DNA of 64,000 nucleotides, from NCBI GenBank assembly GCA_013239625.1, contig MU053557.1, forward strand, positions 3,316,123 through 3,380,122, in the 5' to 3' direction. How positions within the stretch are numbered: position 1 is the stretch's first letter; every line of letters starts with the position of its first letter. The translations under genes were made by a program, and so were the position numbers. Below the pieces are notes generated by a model. The model saw only the letters and a list, made by a program, of their open reading frames with translations, was not told where the DNA came from and did not search any database. This document shows positions 52,050 through 64,000 of this stretch, one piece after another. The stretch comes from Lama guanicoe (taxonomy: Eukaryota).

Positions 52050-53950
52050 CTGGCAAACGGAATGAGACAAGTCTAACTTTGGAACTGAGCATCTTACGTG
52101 TGCCGTGCGAATGTACACGCACGTGTGTATATGGACAGGGGTGTACTAGTTTAGTCTCGCAGGATCATAGCAATAAGTTTCAAAGCTTATCCAGTCTAAA
52201 TACCCTTTTGATGATCCTCTTTAAAAGAGTCTGTAAGAGTCACCTAGCCAACATGTGGACTTCTCTGATGATGGGAAAGTTGTTCTTTTTCTTGGGATCC
52301 TTTCCATTTCACACACTTTTCATTTTGGGGAACTCCTTACTTTGTTATAATAACCGTGTATCCTTCTGTTCTCAACTGTAGCTGAGAATGCTTGTTCTGT
52401 CTTGAATTTGACAGATAACTTAACAGACATCTATCACGGTAGCCATACTTTTAGAAATAAGTATTGAAAAGTGGTCTAAATTGACATAAAATATTTGAAA
52501 TTGGAGATAGATTTCATGCATAAAACCCCTCCTCTTCCACATGACACACCTCTGTGCTTGAAGATGGCTTTCACAGCCTCCATTTTTTTTCCTTAAAATA
52601 AAAATCTGGAAATACAGCTGAGTCTGTGGGCTCAGTCTGTTTTTTTTTAATGCTCTGAGATTTATAGTTGTTCTAGCTATAAAATGCCTCCTTGAGGCTT
52701 TTCTTTTTCAGATGGAGTCTACAGGTCTTTATATCTGTTTTTTTTTTTCCTTTATGTGTTTCAGATACTGTTACTAACATCTACAGTCTTATTTCCTGTG
52801 ACTTTGACAGAGGTGAACGCACATGCCCTGGTGAGGGGTGTTCTCCAAGCTCTTGTCCTGCACTAAACAGACCTCATCTTTTAAAAATTAAACATAGTTG
52901 TCTGAATGGGTACTCAGTCCTGGGAGACACATACACTCACAGTTTAATTTTATCATGTGTAGACAGAGGCAAGGCTGAAAGGGTAGGAAGGGAGGGAAAA
53001 ACCACTGCCTTCTTTATTCTCTAATGAACGGCCGACTCTTCCTCCCTTCCCCATCAAGCAGTGCTCAGAATCTCTTGCTCGTCTTGGAAGGAGAGTACTA
53101 ATTTGTCTTTGTCACAGTAGGGGCTAAGTGCTTCACTCTTTTCCCAAAAGTGAGTCAGGCTGCTTCCAGGAAAGCCTTAGAAAAACCTCTACTAGCAACT
53201 CCTTGAAATGTGCCTCTTTTAAGCTTCCTCTTTTCTTCTTGAGTTGTTACTGTGTGTTATGGTGAGGGCTGGGGTGGTGTTCACGTGGAGGGAAGACATG
53301 CAACATGTGGTCCGACACTAGGAACTATGCATCGTGAATTTGGCACAGCTCCTCAGTCAGCACCACCTTCTGCGGGAGAGAAAAAGGCACAGCCTGTGTG
53401 CCCATGTACTCTTACCGTGGCTGGATTATGGTAGTTGAAGTCACAAGGTCTGGAGTCAGATCTAAATGCTAATCCTTACTTACCAAACTGGGCAAAGTTT
53501 CTCCCTGTGAGCCTTCACTTCCTCACATGTAATATAAGAATAATAATATTCCCACTACCTCATAGGGTTGTTGTAAGAAATAAATGTATTATAAAATATG
53601 TATAACATCAAATACATTATTATTCTGCCACTAAATTAGGCTCCCCAGCAATCAGATTTGACTTAATAAAATTTCTCTCTAATCTACACTCTTTCACTTA
53701 AATAGTATTTAACAACAGACATTATTTTACAAAAATGAAGTATCATGAAATATTTATTAAATATTATAAGAATATTATAATGGCAAAGAGCTAGGGACAT
53801 TATCTGTCCTAAAATCAGAACTGGAAACCACTGAGGAAATGAGCTGCAGGCCGCGGTCCATTCAAGTTCATGGCGTGACAAGCAAGATGCTTCACTCAGG
53901 AGCCTACAGTCGTAAGCACCCTGCGTGTCTCTCCTGCCAGGGGCACCTAC

Positions 53951-54028
53951 CATGTATGCTTGGTCGAGAGCTTGTTTTCTGTAGTCTAGCTCTTCCTCCA
54001 GATAGCCTTTGATTTTGCAGAATTGTTC
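53951..54028 (-). CDS. JAKMIP2: JAKMIP2 coding exon (EQFCKIKGYLEEELDYRKQALDQAYM)
   Basis: 78 nt, TAG/GTAGGT boundaries, translated manually. Confidence 0.92.
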
Positions 54029-54764
54029 CTAGAAAAAGGGCCATATTAATAAAGAGAGTCAGCTTACTTAATTAGAAAGTGATATATAAATTGTATGGAT
54101 TAATGTTTTCTCTAATTCTACTATAAGACAAATCACAAAAAATTGTCTTTTAAAGGGAAAGAGTTCAACTTTTATAGTTTCACATAAGGAAAATAAAAAT
54201 CAGTGGAAAGAAGCATAAGAGATAAAATAAACAATCCACACGAATTTTTTATACCAATTTAAGAGTATGGCATTAAGGGAAAAAAAGAGTATGTCATTAA
54301 AGATAGATTTTGACAAGATAAATGCTATGGATGCTAACTATGAAGTATAATTGTGTAAATATATTGACAGTAATTTTTGTAAGGATGTTGTGAAATGTAA
54401 TAAAGCAGAGCTGTATGATAAAAAACTTAACTTACTCCAATTCATCTGGGTATCATTAGCAAACACAAAGGATAGGTAACGATTTAGAGAGTGGGGGCGA
54501 CTCCACCCACGATGTGCCTTAATGAGTGTCTGCTCTTGCTGCAAAGCCGGGGTGAGCTGGGAGATGTCAGTCTTACGTTCCCTTACTTGTCCTCAGTTTC
54601 TGTGGGCTCCTCCCACTGCAAGCATCTTGCCATTAGCATTGAAAAATATATCTTCGTATAGAACATAGCCCCAAGCACAAGTCAATTATTTCTTTGTATG
54701 CTTAACTGAAGGAACAAGGTCCTTGTCCAACACTGAAGGAAAACTTGATGGCATCAATTAAAAT

Positions 54765-54950
54765 TATTTTTATTTTTATTTTTTATTGAAAGAGTTGATT
54801 TACAGTGTTTCAGCTGTACAGCAGTGATTCAGTTATATATATAATATTCTCTTTTTCAAATTCTTTTCCATTGTAAGTTATTACAAGACATTGAATATAG
54901 TTCCCTGTGCTATATATAGTAGGTCCTTGTTGGTTTTTTTTATTTTATAT
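54765..54950 (-). mobile_element. L1 3' end fragment
   Basis: T-rich tail, then attgaaagagttgatttaca...ttattacaagacattgaatatagttccctgtgctata. Confidence 0.7.
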
Positions 54951-55369
54951 GCATTAAACAATGACTTTTGAGAGAGGATATGTCTATTTGCAATTTTGCT
55001 AGTGACTTTCCTGATAACGTCTGAGCTCCAGTGCCTAGGACAGGCTGATTGCTTAATTAATATTTATGCATTTAAAGAGTTTTCAAGGGTAATTTGAATA
55101 TAAACAGTTCCTGTTATGTTTTGACTTTAGAGCTTAACCTGTTGGTAAAATGTAAGCCCCGTGTAAAAATATAAGCAAATGATTTATCAGCTGTGACATG
55201 CTACAATAAATGCAAGTTGTTGTTTTTACTATAGGGTTCCCTGACCTGATAGGAGTCACTACCTGATTTTTAGTAATAATGATAACACCAATGACAGTAC
55301 TGTTATAAAATTCTGTGTATTACTGTAAGTTAGTAATGACCACTTCCCAGGCTTGGGGATTTAAAGAAA

Positions 55370-56100
55370 GTTAATTGTGGCAAAATACACGCAGTATAAA
55401 ATTTATAATTGTAACCACTTTTAAGTGCACAGTTCAGTAATGTTAAGCACATACACATTGTTATGTGACCCATCTCCAGAACTCCATCCATCTTGCTAAA
55501 CTGAAGCTCTCTATCTATTAAACAAGTCCCCGTTTCTCCTCCTCATAGCTCCTGACAGCCATCATTTTGCTCTCAGTTTCTGTGAGTTTGACTATTCTAG
55601 GTATCATATATAAACGGAATCACTCAGCATTTGTCTTTTTGTGCCTGGTTTATTTCACTTAGCCTAATGTCCTCAAGGTCCACCCATGTGTGGCATCTGT
55701 CAGAATTTCCTTCCTCTTTCAAGGCTGAATAATATTCCATCATATGTGTACACCACCTTTTGCTTATTCATGCATCCACTTCACTGATAGACAGGTTTAA
55801 GCTACAGTGAACAATGCTGCTCTGAACATGGGTGTACAAATATCCCTTCAAGAGCTCACTTTCAATTATTTTGGGGATACATCCAGAAGTGGTACTGCTG
55901 TATCATATGGTAATTTTATTTTGAACTTTTTGGGCCACCATCGACCATACTGTTTCCCACAGTGGCTGCATCATTTTACATTCCCACCAACAGTGTACAG
56001 GGTTCCAATTTCTCCACCTCATCATTGTTTGCTATGCTCTTACTTTTTTTTCCTTTTTTTTTTTTTTGGATAGTAGTCATCCTAAGGGGAGTGAGGTGGC
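55370..56100 (-). mobile_element. Old L1 3' fragment
   Basis: Antisense L1 3' UTR/ORF2 text (tttcacttagcctaatgtcctcaagg...acattcccaccaacagtgtacagggttcc). Confidence 0.8.
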
Positions 56101-56436
56101 TTGGGGATCTTCAATATCAAAGTTATACCCACCATTTCTGTAATATTTTACCATAGTTATATTATGGAAAAATTATTGAGCCTAAGAAAAAAAACACCTA
56201 ACTGGATTTTCTTCAGCATCAGCTTCAGAAATGTTACAAAAATACAGCATGATATTTTTGGAGACTATAACTAAAAACCGTTGGATACTTCTGAGAATTT
56301 TGTTCCACAGTCTGTTCACAAAATAATGGCAAGGCTACAAACTTTCATCCATGCCAGATAAATTGCTAGAAAACAGTCTTTTTCCATTTACCTTGTCACC
56401 TTTTCTTCATCTTTCTGATATCTCATCTTTACTCAC

Positions 56437-56505
56437 CATGTCACTTTCCAGTTCCATCATTTTCTGGTGCAGGGCAGCCTCCGCTCCTTCGATTTGCTGG
56501 ATCCA
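56437..56505 (-). CDS. JAKMIP2: JAKMIP2 coding exon (WIQQIEGAEAALHQKMMELESDM)
   Basis: 69 nt, TAG/GTGAGT boundaries, translated manually. Confidence 0.92.
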
Positions 56506-59289
56506 CTACGGGGCAAAAAGACACTCATGTTTGACATGATCGCAGGATGTGGTGTTTATGGTGCTGTCTACTGAGGGGCTTAGTCTCCACCCCTTAAATC
56601 TCAGGAAGCACACCAAGAACTGAAGTGAAAATGTGGTGCATTTTTCTCTTAGTTCAGAAACAAGACTATAATTTTCCAATAATTCACTCATTCATTCATT
56701 CATTCATTCAACAAACGTCTTCATTGATGTCTACCATGTCGGCAATGTGCCAGGTCCTAGGGCTGTGATGGTGAATAGGACTAACATGTTTTTTGATCCT
56801 ATTGGAGGACATCATGGGAGACTTTCTTGGAAATGACAATTGCACTGAGTGTAAAGAACGGATCAGGGATGATTAGGCAAAAGTGAGAGGCAAGTTCCAA
56901 GCAGAAGGTATATCTAATTCTCCGTGATCAGAGGGAGCATAACGAAAAAAAGAGGACCAGGTGAGAATGGAGAAATGGCAATTTTTCACTATGTGAAACT
57001 GATTATAGATAAATGTTGAGGAATCATTTTTGCTGAGTAAAGACATTTTAAATCACAGATAAAGAACTTATCTCTCCTAACATTTAGAATGTGTCATTCC
57101 GTTAGTTGGCATTGATATCAGCAATGATCAACACCCTCTGGATGAATTTAGACTGAATCATACGGTGTGAGCCTACCCACATATATGGTTAAATGGAACA
57201 AAATGTTATAATAAGTGTCTACCAAGTTAAACATCAGCTTGTCCCTTAGGGAGTCAACTGAGCATAATAATTAAGTGTGTAGTTTCTGGAAGCCAACCTA
57301 CCTTTGGTCTAATCTCCATCCTAGCTTTTCACGGCTGTGTGGCCTTGAAAGGTTACCTAGTTTCGCTAAGCCTCAACTTTCTCATCTGAAAAATGGGACC
57401 GATCATAATAGGAAGATTAAAGGATGTGATTAACCTAAGGCACTACTGACAACGTTATCGCACGTACTAGGTACCCGATACTCTCTAGTTTTTGGTTGAG
57501 ATTTATTTTTGTATTTCTACACTGTTAGAAACTTGCCTCACTATCAGCTCTTTCTTTTTCGTTTATCTGGAATAAATTATGTGGTGCACTGAGCATTCTT
57601 CTACATACTAAAGCCTTGATATTCACAAGGTGCCACCACATCCAGCAGCCCCTTGGCTGTAAGGAACATGGGGAAAGAAAGGCAGGGGGAGACTGGAGAG
57701 GTGCTAATCTCTCAGCTCTTGTACGTACACCCGGCTCCCCCCATGAGACAAATTTCAGTGGAAAGTCATGGGTTTCTTGTAAATAGCCTTGTATTGCAAT
57801 TGTGTACCATCCAGCTTTATTAAAATTCTTCCTCTCTCCTGCTGCCTGGTTATCACAGAGAAACAAATTCTCTTGTACATCATGTTTCCAGGAATACTAG
57901 ACATTGAAGTAGTTCGGTCATGGGCTGAAGATACAGGTGCATAAGCGGGCTTCTGAGCCTTACCATATGTATGATGTAGGACAAGAAACGAACAGCCCAC
58001 GCCTCGGCTTCCTCGCGGATGAAATTAAAACAGTGGATGAACACAGGACGGTTGTGAGGAAAAACGAGACGACGCACAGGCAGCATTTAGCGCAGTGCCT
58101 GGCCTATAACGTGCTCTCACATAGGCTACTGCTCTTATTACTTTTAATACAAAGTCACAATGGGATGTGCTTGTTGAAAATTTGTCTAGGCTCAACCTCT
58201 GGCTAAAGATCACCCCTCCAGATGGTAGAGTGCTATTCAAAATCATGGTCTAGGGAAGTTCAAGGATGATATTTAGAATTACTTGGAGGTAGAAATGTTT
58301 ATCCCGTGAATCCGTAAAATTAACATCAGTTCTTTTTGCCATCTGATCCTTGGCCCGTATTAAAATTTCCCCAGTTGTCAGCAAAATCCTTTTTTTAAAA
58401 AAAATACTTGGTTTACTTGAATCGGGATGCAAAAAAATGGATCGTTCACTATTTCTTAAGTATCTTTTTACTTTGTAGCAATCCTTCCTTCTCCCTCTGC
58501 CATTTTTTCTTTATGTCATTGTTTTGCTTGAGTAACTTAACTGGGTCATCTGACCTGTAGAATTTTAGATCGGAGCAAGGTGAATCCTTGCTCATGGTTT
58601 CATTTAATTTATAACAAGCTGTTTATACATTTAGGAACTAGAAAGCATCTCAAGGAATTTATACTACAGTTCTCATTTTATGCAGCCATGTTCACAGGAC
58701 TGTCAATTACGTGCCGATTCTCAAGGCTTCCTGACTACAGCCAGGTACCAGGCTTCTTGACTTGGCTCTCTCCTTTTCTGTTTTGCATTTACTAGGCTTA
58801 GACACAAGGGGGCGAGTGCACCCTCACTGTTGCTCTTCCCGTCTCCAGGTTGGGCTTTCTGAATGAGGCTGCAGGGAGCCACCAAACTAACAGAATCAGA
58901 TGGGAACAACTGGTAGGTACGCGCCCAAGGAAAAGCTCATAAAGAGAGCCAAGCTCCAGGCTAGCAACTGTCAACAAAACTTCTTTATCGGTGTCCCAGC
59001 TGGGTAAGAAGAGCTTAAATAATGTAATCCAGGGTTTCCACTATTTGAGAATTATATTTTTAAGAGACTTTAAAGCAAGTATTATGCACCCACCCTAAAG
59101 CAGTGTGTAGACTTTTTTTGCGTGCTCTCATTCTATCTGGATTCTATCACTCTGAGGAATGAAATATTTACTAGGTATTCAGTAATGCAAAGTCACATGC
59201 AAAGACAATGTCCTTCAGCCTGACCCTGCTACTTTAGGTGTTAAGCCAGACACTGAGATGATGATCTGAATGTTAGTACAATTTATTAC

Positions 59290-59355
59290 CTTCTCTGCCA
59301 GGGACAGCACAGTGCTGGCCTGAATTATAGCCACTTGTTCTTCATTTCTTAAATT
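59290..59355 (-). CDS. JAKMIP2: JAKMIP2 coding exon (NLRNEEQVAIIQASTVLSLAEK)
   Basis: 66 nt, polypyrimidine-CAG acceptor, GTAAT donor; inside ORF 59215..59412(-). Confidence 0.92.
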
Positions 59356-60199
59356 CTGGGAGGGGGGGGGGAAGAAAGAAAGAAAATAAGCTGAAGACAC
59401 TTTTTGATACATTTTTTAATATTTATACTAACAGAAAATACTGCCTAACTTGCCTGCCATGTATGCAGGAACATCACAAATGGTCTATTCTATTTAGTAA
59501 TAATTCTTAAAGAGTTCATTCAAAACCTGTAAAAAGTACATTAAATGTGATTTTTTTTAAATCTCTCTAGTACTGACTTGATCTGTTTCACTGTCAGCAT
59601 ACTTCATTAAGTGTCATAAGAAAAGCAGAAACCAAAATGAAATAGAGTAATCTCTTCACAGCAGTTTGATGTGATCTAATTGACTCTGTTCTCTCCTTTG
59701 ATAATTTTTCAAGGGAAAAAATTGCATGACTCTTTCAGCCTACATGCATCATTCATCTAGGATTGCAATGAATGGTCCTCCCCCTGAATTGATATGCCTT
59801 GACCCTGCCTGGAGGGTGTTTTTAGAAAGAAAAGGGATGACAGTTTCCTAGTCCATTTTTATGGGGCTGCCATCAACCCTACTCTTTTGCAGTATTTGCA
59901 ACTGCACGGATGGTTCCCAGCAATAGTCAGAAAGGTAATTAGCTTTAATCACCGCAGATGTGGTCGGCATTCAAACCTGAAACCTGCCCAGGAATAGCAC
60001 CAAAACAGTTCCCACTTCTGCCACTACCTTCCAGAGAGCCTTACGATCCCTCAGCCGACTGGTTTGATAAATCGTTGATCTTCTTCAGGAAGTCACATGC
60101 TTAAGTGAAGATGGTATTTTACACACAATACATTGGCAAGTATTTCTTGCTTCTCTTTAGGCAAATTCCTATCTTTACCACACTTAATTCATTACTTAC

Positions 60200-60253
60200 C
60201 CCATTATCACCCAAGATATCTAGCTGCTTTATGAGATCAGGGATGTTCACATC
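60200..60253 (-). CDS. JAKMIP2: JAKMIP2 coding exon (DVNIPDLIKQLDILGDNG)
   Basis: 54 nt, CAG/GTAAGT boundaries, translated manually, in frame with neighbours. Confidence 0.92.
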
Positions 60254-61958
60254 CTGGAAAATCAAGGACATACATTCAAGTCAAAGACACAAATGGGACT
60301 TACCATTCTATCAGTGCCTGAGCCTTAAGTTAGATGGGACATTTTAAGACCTCGACTTCCTTGGGTTGTTTTCATTTAGGAACAGCTGGTTTTATGTTTA
60401 CAGTCTGCTTTTTATAAGCTGTGTGAACCTGGGAAAACTACTTAATGGTATATTTTCAATTTCACCAATTGCAAAATGGAGACAATAAATACCTCCTTCA
60501 TGGGCTGATCTTGAGGATAAAGACATTGTATACAAAAGAGTCTAGGATGCTGTAAGGATTTGGAATTTATTCATTAACTTTTCTTCTTATAATTGTCAAA
60601 AAGTTGTTTCAATTTTTATAAATTTGAGGTATAAAAAAAGTAACAAGTAATAAATATAAATAACCAACCAATTTCATTCTAATTAATGGAATTCTGATCT
60701 GGTTGAGATTTTAACTGCCACATAGAAAGACACAGTGCGGCTCCATTTTTTAGGTGTCAAGCACTGATTTCATCCTATGGAAAACAGCTGATTTTTACTA
60801 CATTCCTTGAGTCAGTTTAAAGCAGCACTCCATTTAAAAGAGTTCCCTTGGATATAAATTACATGCATTGGCATAAGTTGTTTGTGATTTACCTAAAAAA
60901 AAAAAACCTAAGGAAAAGACAAAGTGCTTTTCATTCAATTAGAGTTGAATCAAATAATTGCTTCAGTTTACAAATTTTCATGCAGGCCAGAAAGGCCAGA
61001 AGGTTAAACACCATGGAAGTGGTCTAAGATGGAAGACAAGAAAGCACAATTTTCTACCAAATTTCCCTCCCCCCATTTTTTACCTCGTTAGCATCACTTT
61101 CTCCTCTTACTCATGTTCAGATAGCATTATAGCAAATCCCCACTGCCAGGAACACAAAAGTCCAGCTCAACTTCACAGGTAGAGAGGAGGCAACTAAAGC
61201 AGGTGTACTTGGCAGCTCAGAGTGGGAGCAGGAAGGCCATGCAGAAGGTAAAGGGGGGACCAGGAAGGGAGGGGGCTCCCTAGCTTTACCTCTGGGAGAG
61301 ACAGTCACTATGTGATTTCACTATATTGAAGGACAATATACTTTCTGGGAGACAGAGCCACCTCCATTTGACCTTTATATTTCCAATGTATTCCAGTATC
61401 GCTAAAGATAAAATTCTGTTCTGTCCAAGTGAGCCATATGTTCTACACCCCAAGACCTTCCAAAAGAGAAATCCTCCCTAATCACCCATATCAAAAGAGA
61501 TGGTGGGCGAGATGATTTCAAGGTTTCTTCTAATACTGAAATTCCAAGACTGAGTTCTGCAGCACTGAGAACAGCACAACAAAGGGACTCAACACATACT
61601 TTTTTTATCTGGCATCCTCGTACTATGTTTCTTGAAGTACTGCACTTACTTACTATTTCCTCTAGAGAACTGAGGGTAACCATCTTCATAAATATTTTGA
61701 TTCTGTATCACTCTTTATGTTACTCTGTTCTAAACAATCATGGCTTCCTGTGTTTTTCTGCTGAGACCATTCATACATCTGCTACGCATTTTGTTTGCGT
61801 TCTAGCGAAATCGCCATGTCACAATTTTCAGTGCCTACATAGTTTGTATCAAAATGACACCCAGTGGCAGGAAGACAAAACAGCCACAAGCAACCTCCCC
61901 TTTTCCAATTCCCAGTTTTTCTACTTTCTACAACATACATGAGGAAACGTCTGCCTAC

Positions 61959-62057
61959 CTTGACACCTTCTTTCATACAGTAGATCTGGAGAGCACTCAC
62001 ACCATCTGAGAATGGGTGAATCTGCAGATTAAATGGAGGGGATCGCCTCTCTCTTTC
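61959..62057 (-). CDS. JAKMIP2: JAKMIP2 coding exon (ERERRSPPFNLQIHPFSDGVSALQIYCMKEGVK)
   Basis: 99 nt, AG/GTAGG boundaries; peptide lies inside ORF 61782..62117(-). Confidence 0.93.
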
Positions 62058-63268
62058 CTTGAAATACAGTGAAGAATATACGGGAATTAAAAAAAAAAGC
62101 AACAACTGATTAATCACTAAACCAGTTGTCAGTGTTCTCTCTATGCTATTTCAGCACTTTATCAATATGCCATTTGGCAAAAAAAAACCCCGAAAAACCC
62201 AAACCCCCCCAAAAAACCCCCCACAGGATGTTCATGCTTGAATTTAATGGAAAAGAACTGATTAGTCAAATAAGAGGTGCAGGAGAAGAATTTATGGATG
62301 GTGTCATCCAGTCTTGCAAATTTTTGGATCAGGGAAATGCAGAAAGTGGAGTTCCATTTTAAGTTATATGAATATTTAGAGCTTTCAGGTGTCACAAAGA
62401 ATGTTCTTCCGACCATGAAGTTTTATGGCAGCTCAAGGCCTCCTGCATATTCAATCCACTCAAATTTTATAAGTAAGATATGTGGGCTACCAAGGATGAC
62501 TTAACTCTTCTTTAGTGAAGCATACCAACTGCTAACTCTATCCGAATCTAATGTGAATTAACCTCAAGAAGAAATTGCTGGCAAAATAACAGAGAAATCA
62601 AATGATAAATCTTCTTATCCTCTGCATATCAGCATATGTTCAACCAGACCCTAAGCCAGCTTCTGCGTGATATAATCAAAATCTGATTTGACTGACATTA
62701 ACTTTAAAAAGGGATGGAAACTTATTCAGATTAGCCAAAGTAGTTCCTAAAACATATTACCTTGCTTCTTAGCTTTTTGCATAAATGCATTACAGAATAA
62801 AAAGTCTGCTTACAAATTCAAGGGTCTAACAATAAAATATTTTTGTATAGAGTACATTTTGAAATACGATTCTTGGAGTAATATTCTTCTGAGTCAGAAT
62901 TCAACGAAGGATGAAAAGGATCATTTAAAAGCAATGAAGTATTGATGAAGTTTGAAAGCTACTATTTACATTATTTAAAAACGATTCATTAGTCTTGTGC
63001 ATGAAGGCAACAGTGTTGAAAAGTATGGTATCTGGGCATGAGCAGACAATTCTGAGTTGCATTAAAGTCTCACCACTTACTAGTCATAGGACCAGGGCAA
63101 ATTATTTAACCTCAGTTGCCTCATTTAGAAAATCTTGGTTGTGGCTGTGAGGTCCGATGAGAATATGCATCCGAAAGGCTTAATTCAGCACCTCACACGT
63201 AGGTCAGGCTCAGTGCGTGTTAATTGTTATGATTATTTTTATTATCAGAATTATCATCATTTCCTTAC

Positions 63269-63367
63269 TTCTAGCTCTAGGTTTCGAAACTCCAGCAGCT
63301 CATTCTGGTCTCTGGCATCCTGTAGTTCCTGTTGTAGCCGGTGGTTTTCTGCCTCTTGTTTTTCTAT
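63269..63367 (-). CDS. JAKMIP2: JAKMIP2 internal coding exon (IEKQEAENHRLQQELQDARDQNELLEFRNLELE); upstream exons lie beyond the window
   Basis: 99 nt, AG acceptor and GTAAG donor on the minus strand; peptide matches my recollection of the JAKMIP2 coiled coil and splices in frame to the next exon. Confidence 0.93.
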
Positions 63368-64000
63368 CTAATAAAGTAAATCCTCAGGTTAGGTGGACAT
63401 TGCGAAAAGCATCTACAACTTTGCAAAGCAAGCATGGACCGCATTCTTTTACTCAGTGAATAAATCATCTAGACCATGAAAAAAAAATCCCAAGTAGATG
63501 TGAATAAAACAAGTCTTTGGCTTTCCTTCCAGTTATCCTTCAGTTGAGTTTTTCGAGTCACAGAAGAAAATGCTGGAGGATACCTCCTTTCACTGAGATA
63601 AAGTCCAGAGACCCTGTGAGTCCTGAATCTGAGTGTACTCACCACGCCCTTGGGGGTCATGGACAGTGTCCAAGAACTAGATTTAATGGGGCGAATAATG
63701 GAGACTGACACCTCTTCTTTTTGGAGTTACAAGTTGTCTGAGAAATAATTTTTTAAAAAGCAGCTCTGATCCTACACAAAACTTTGTTGAATTCCTTTTA
63801 CCTGCAGAATACGCCAAACTCCTCAACATGGAGTTCAAAACCCTTAATAATCTGCTTCCTGGATTTAAATGTTTTCACTGTCATGTCTACACATGCACAC
63901 ACTCACATGTGATTGCACACACACTAGAATTTGGAAACCCTGACCGTCCGATTACTCCAGGAGCTCATCTCTGCCTGAGAAGGGTGCCCCCATTTCCTTT

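Overview
Mammalian genomic DNA, probably camelid (alpaca/camel), judged from the tRNA-derived SINE family. The right half holds the 3' end of JAKMIP2 on the minus strand. This comprises eight phase-0 coiled-coil exons (63367 down to 47262), a cassette exon encoding a hydrophobic tail anchor (43446-43516), and a terminal exon encoding KNRKHG* followed by a ~5.6 kb 3' UTR ending near 27400. The left part is intergenic and carries a ~6.56 kb class I (gammaretrovirus-like) provirus on the minus strand (4001-10557) with two LTRs, PBS, PPT and degenerate gag, pol and env. The provirus has several oddities: a gag-to-RNase H deletion removing NC/PR/RT, a ~108-nt tandem duplication at the p12/CA boundary, mosaic LTR divergence with no target-site duplication, and an octamer plus periodic CCAAT U3. 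The rest is ordinary repeat landscape (solo LTRs, L1, SINEs, MER DNA transposons, MIR/L2). I found no intact novel gene or wholly new system. Repeat family names and protein identities are from recalled consensus sequences, not database searches.
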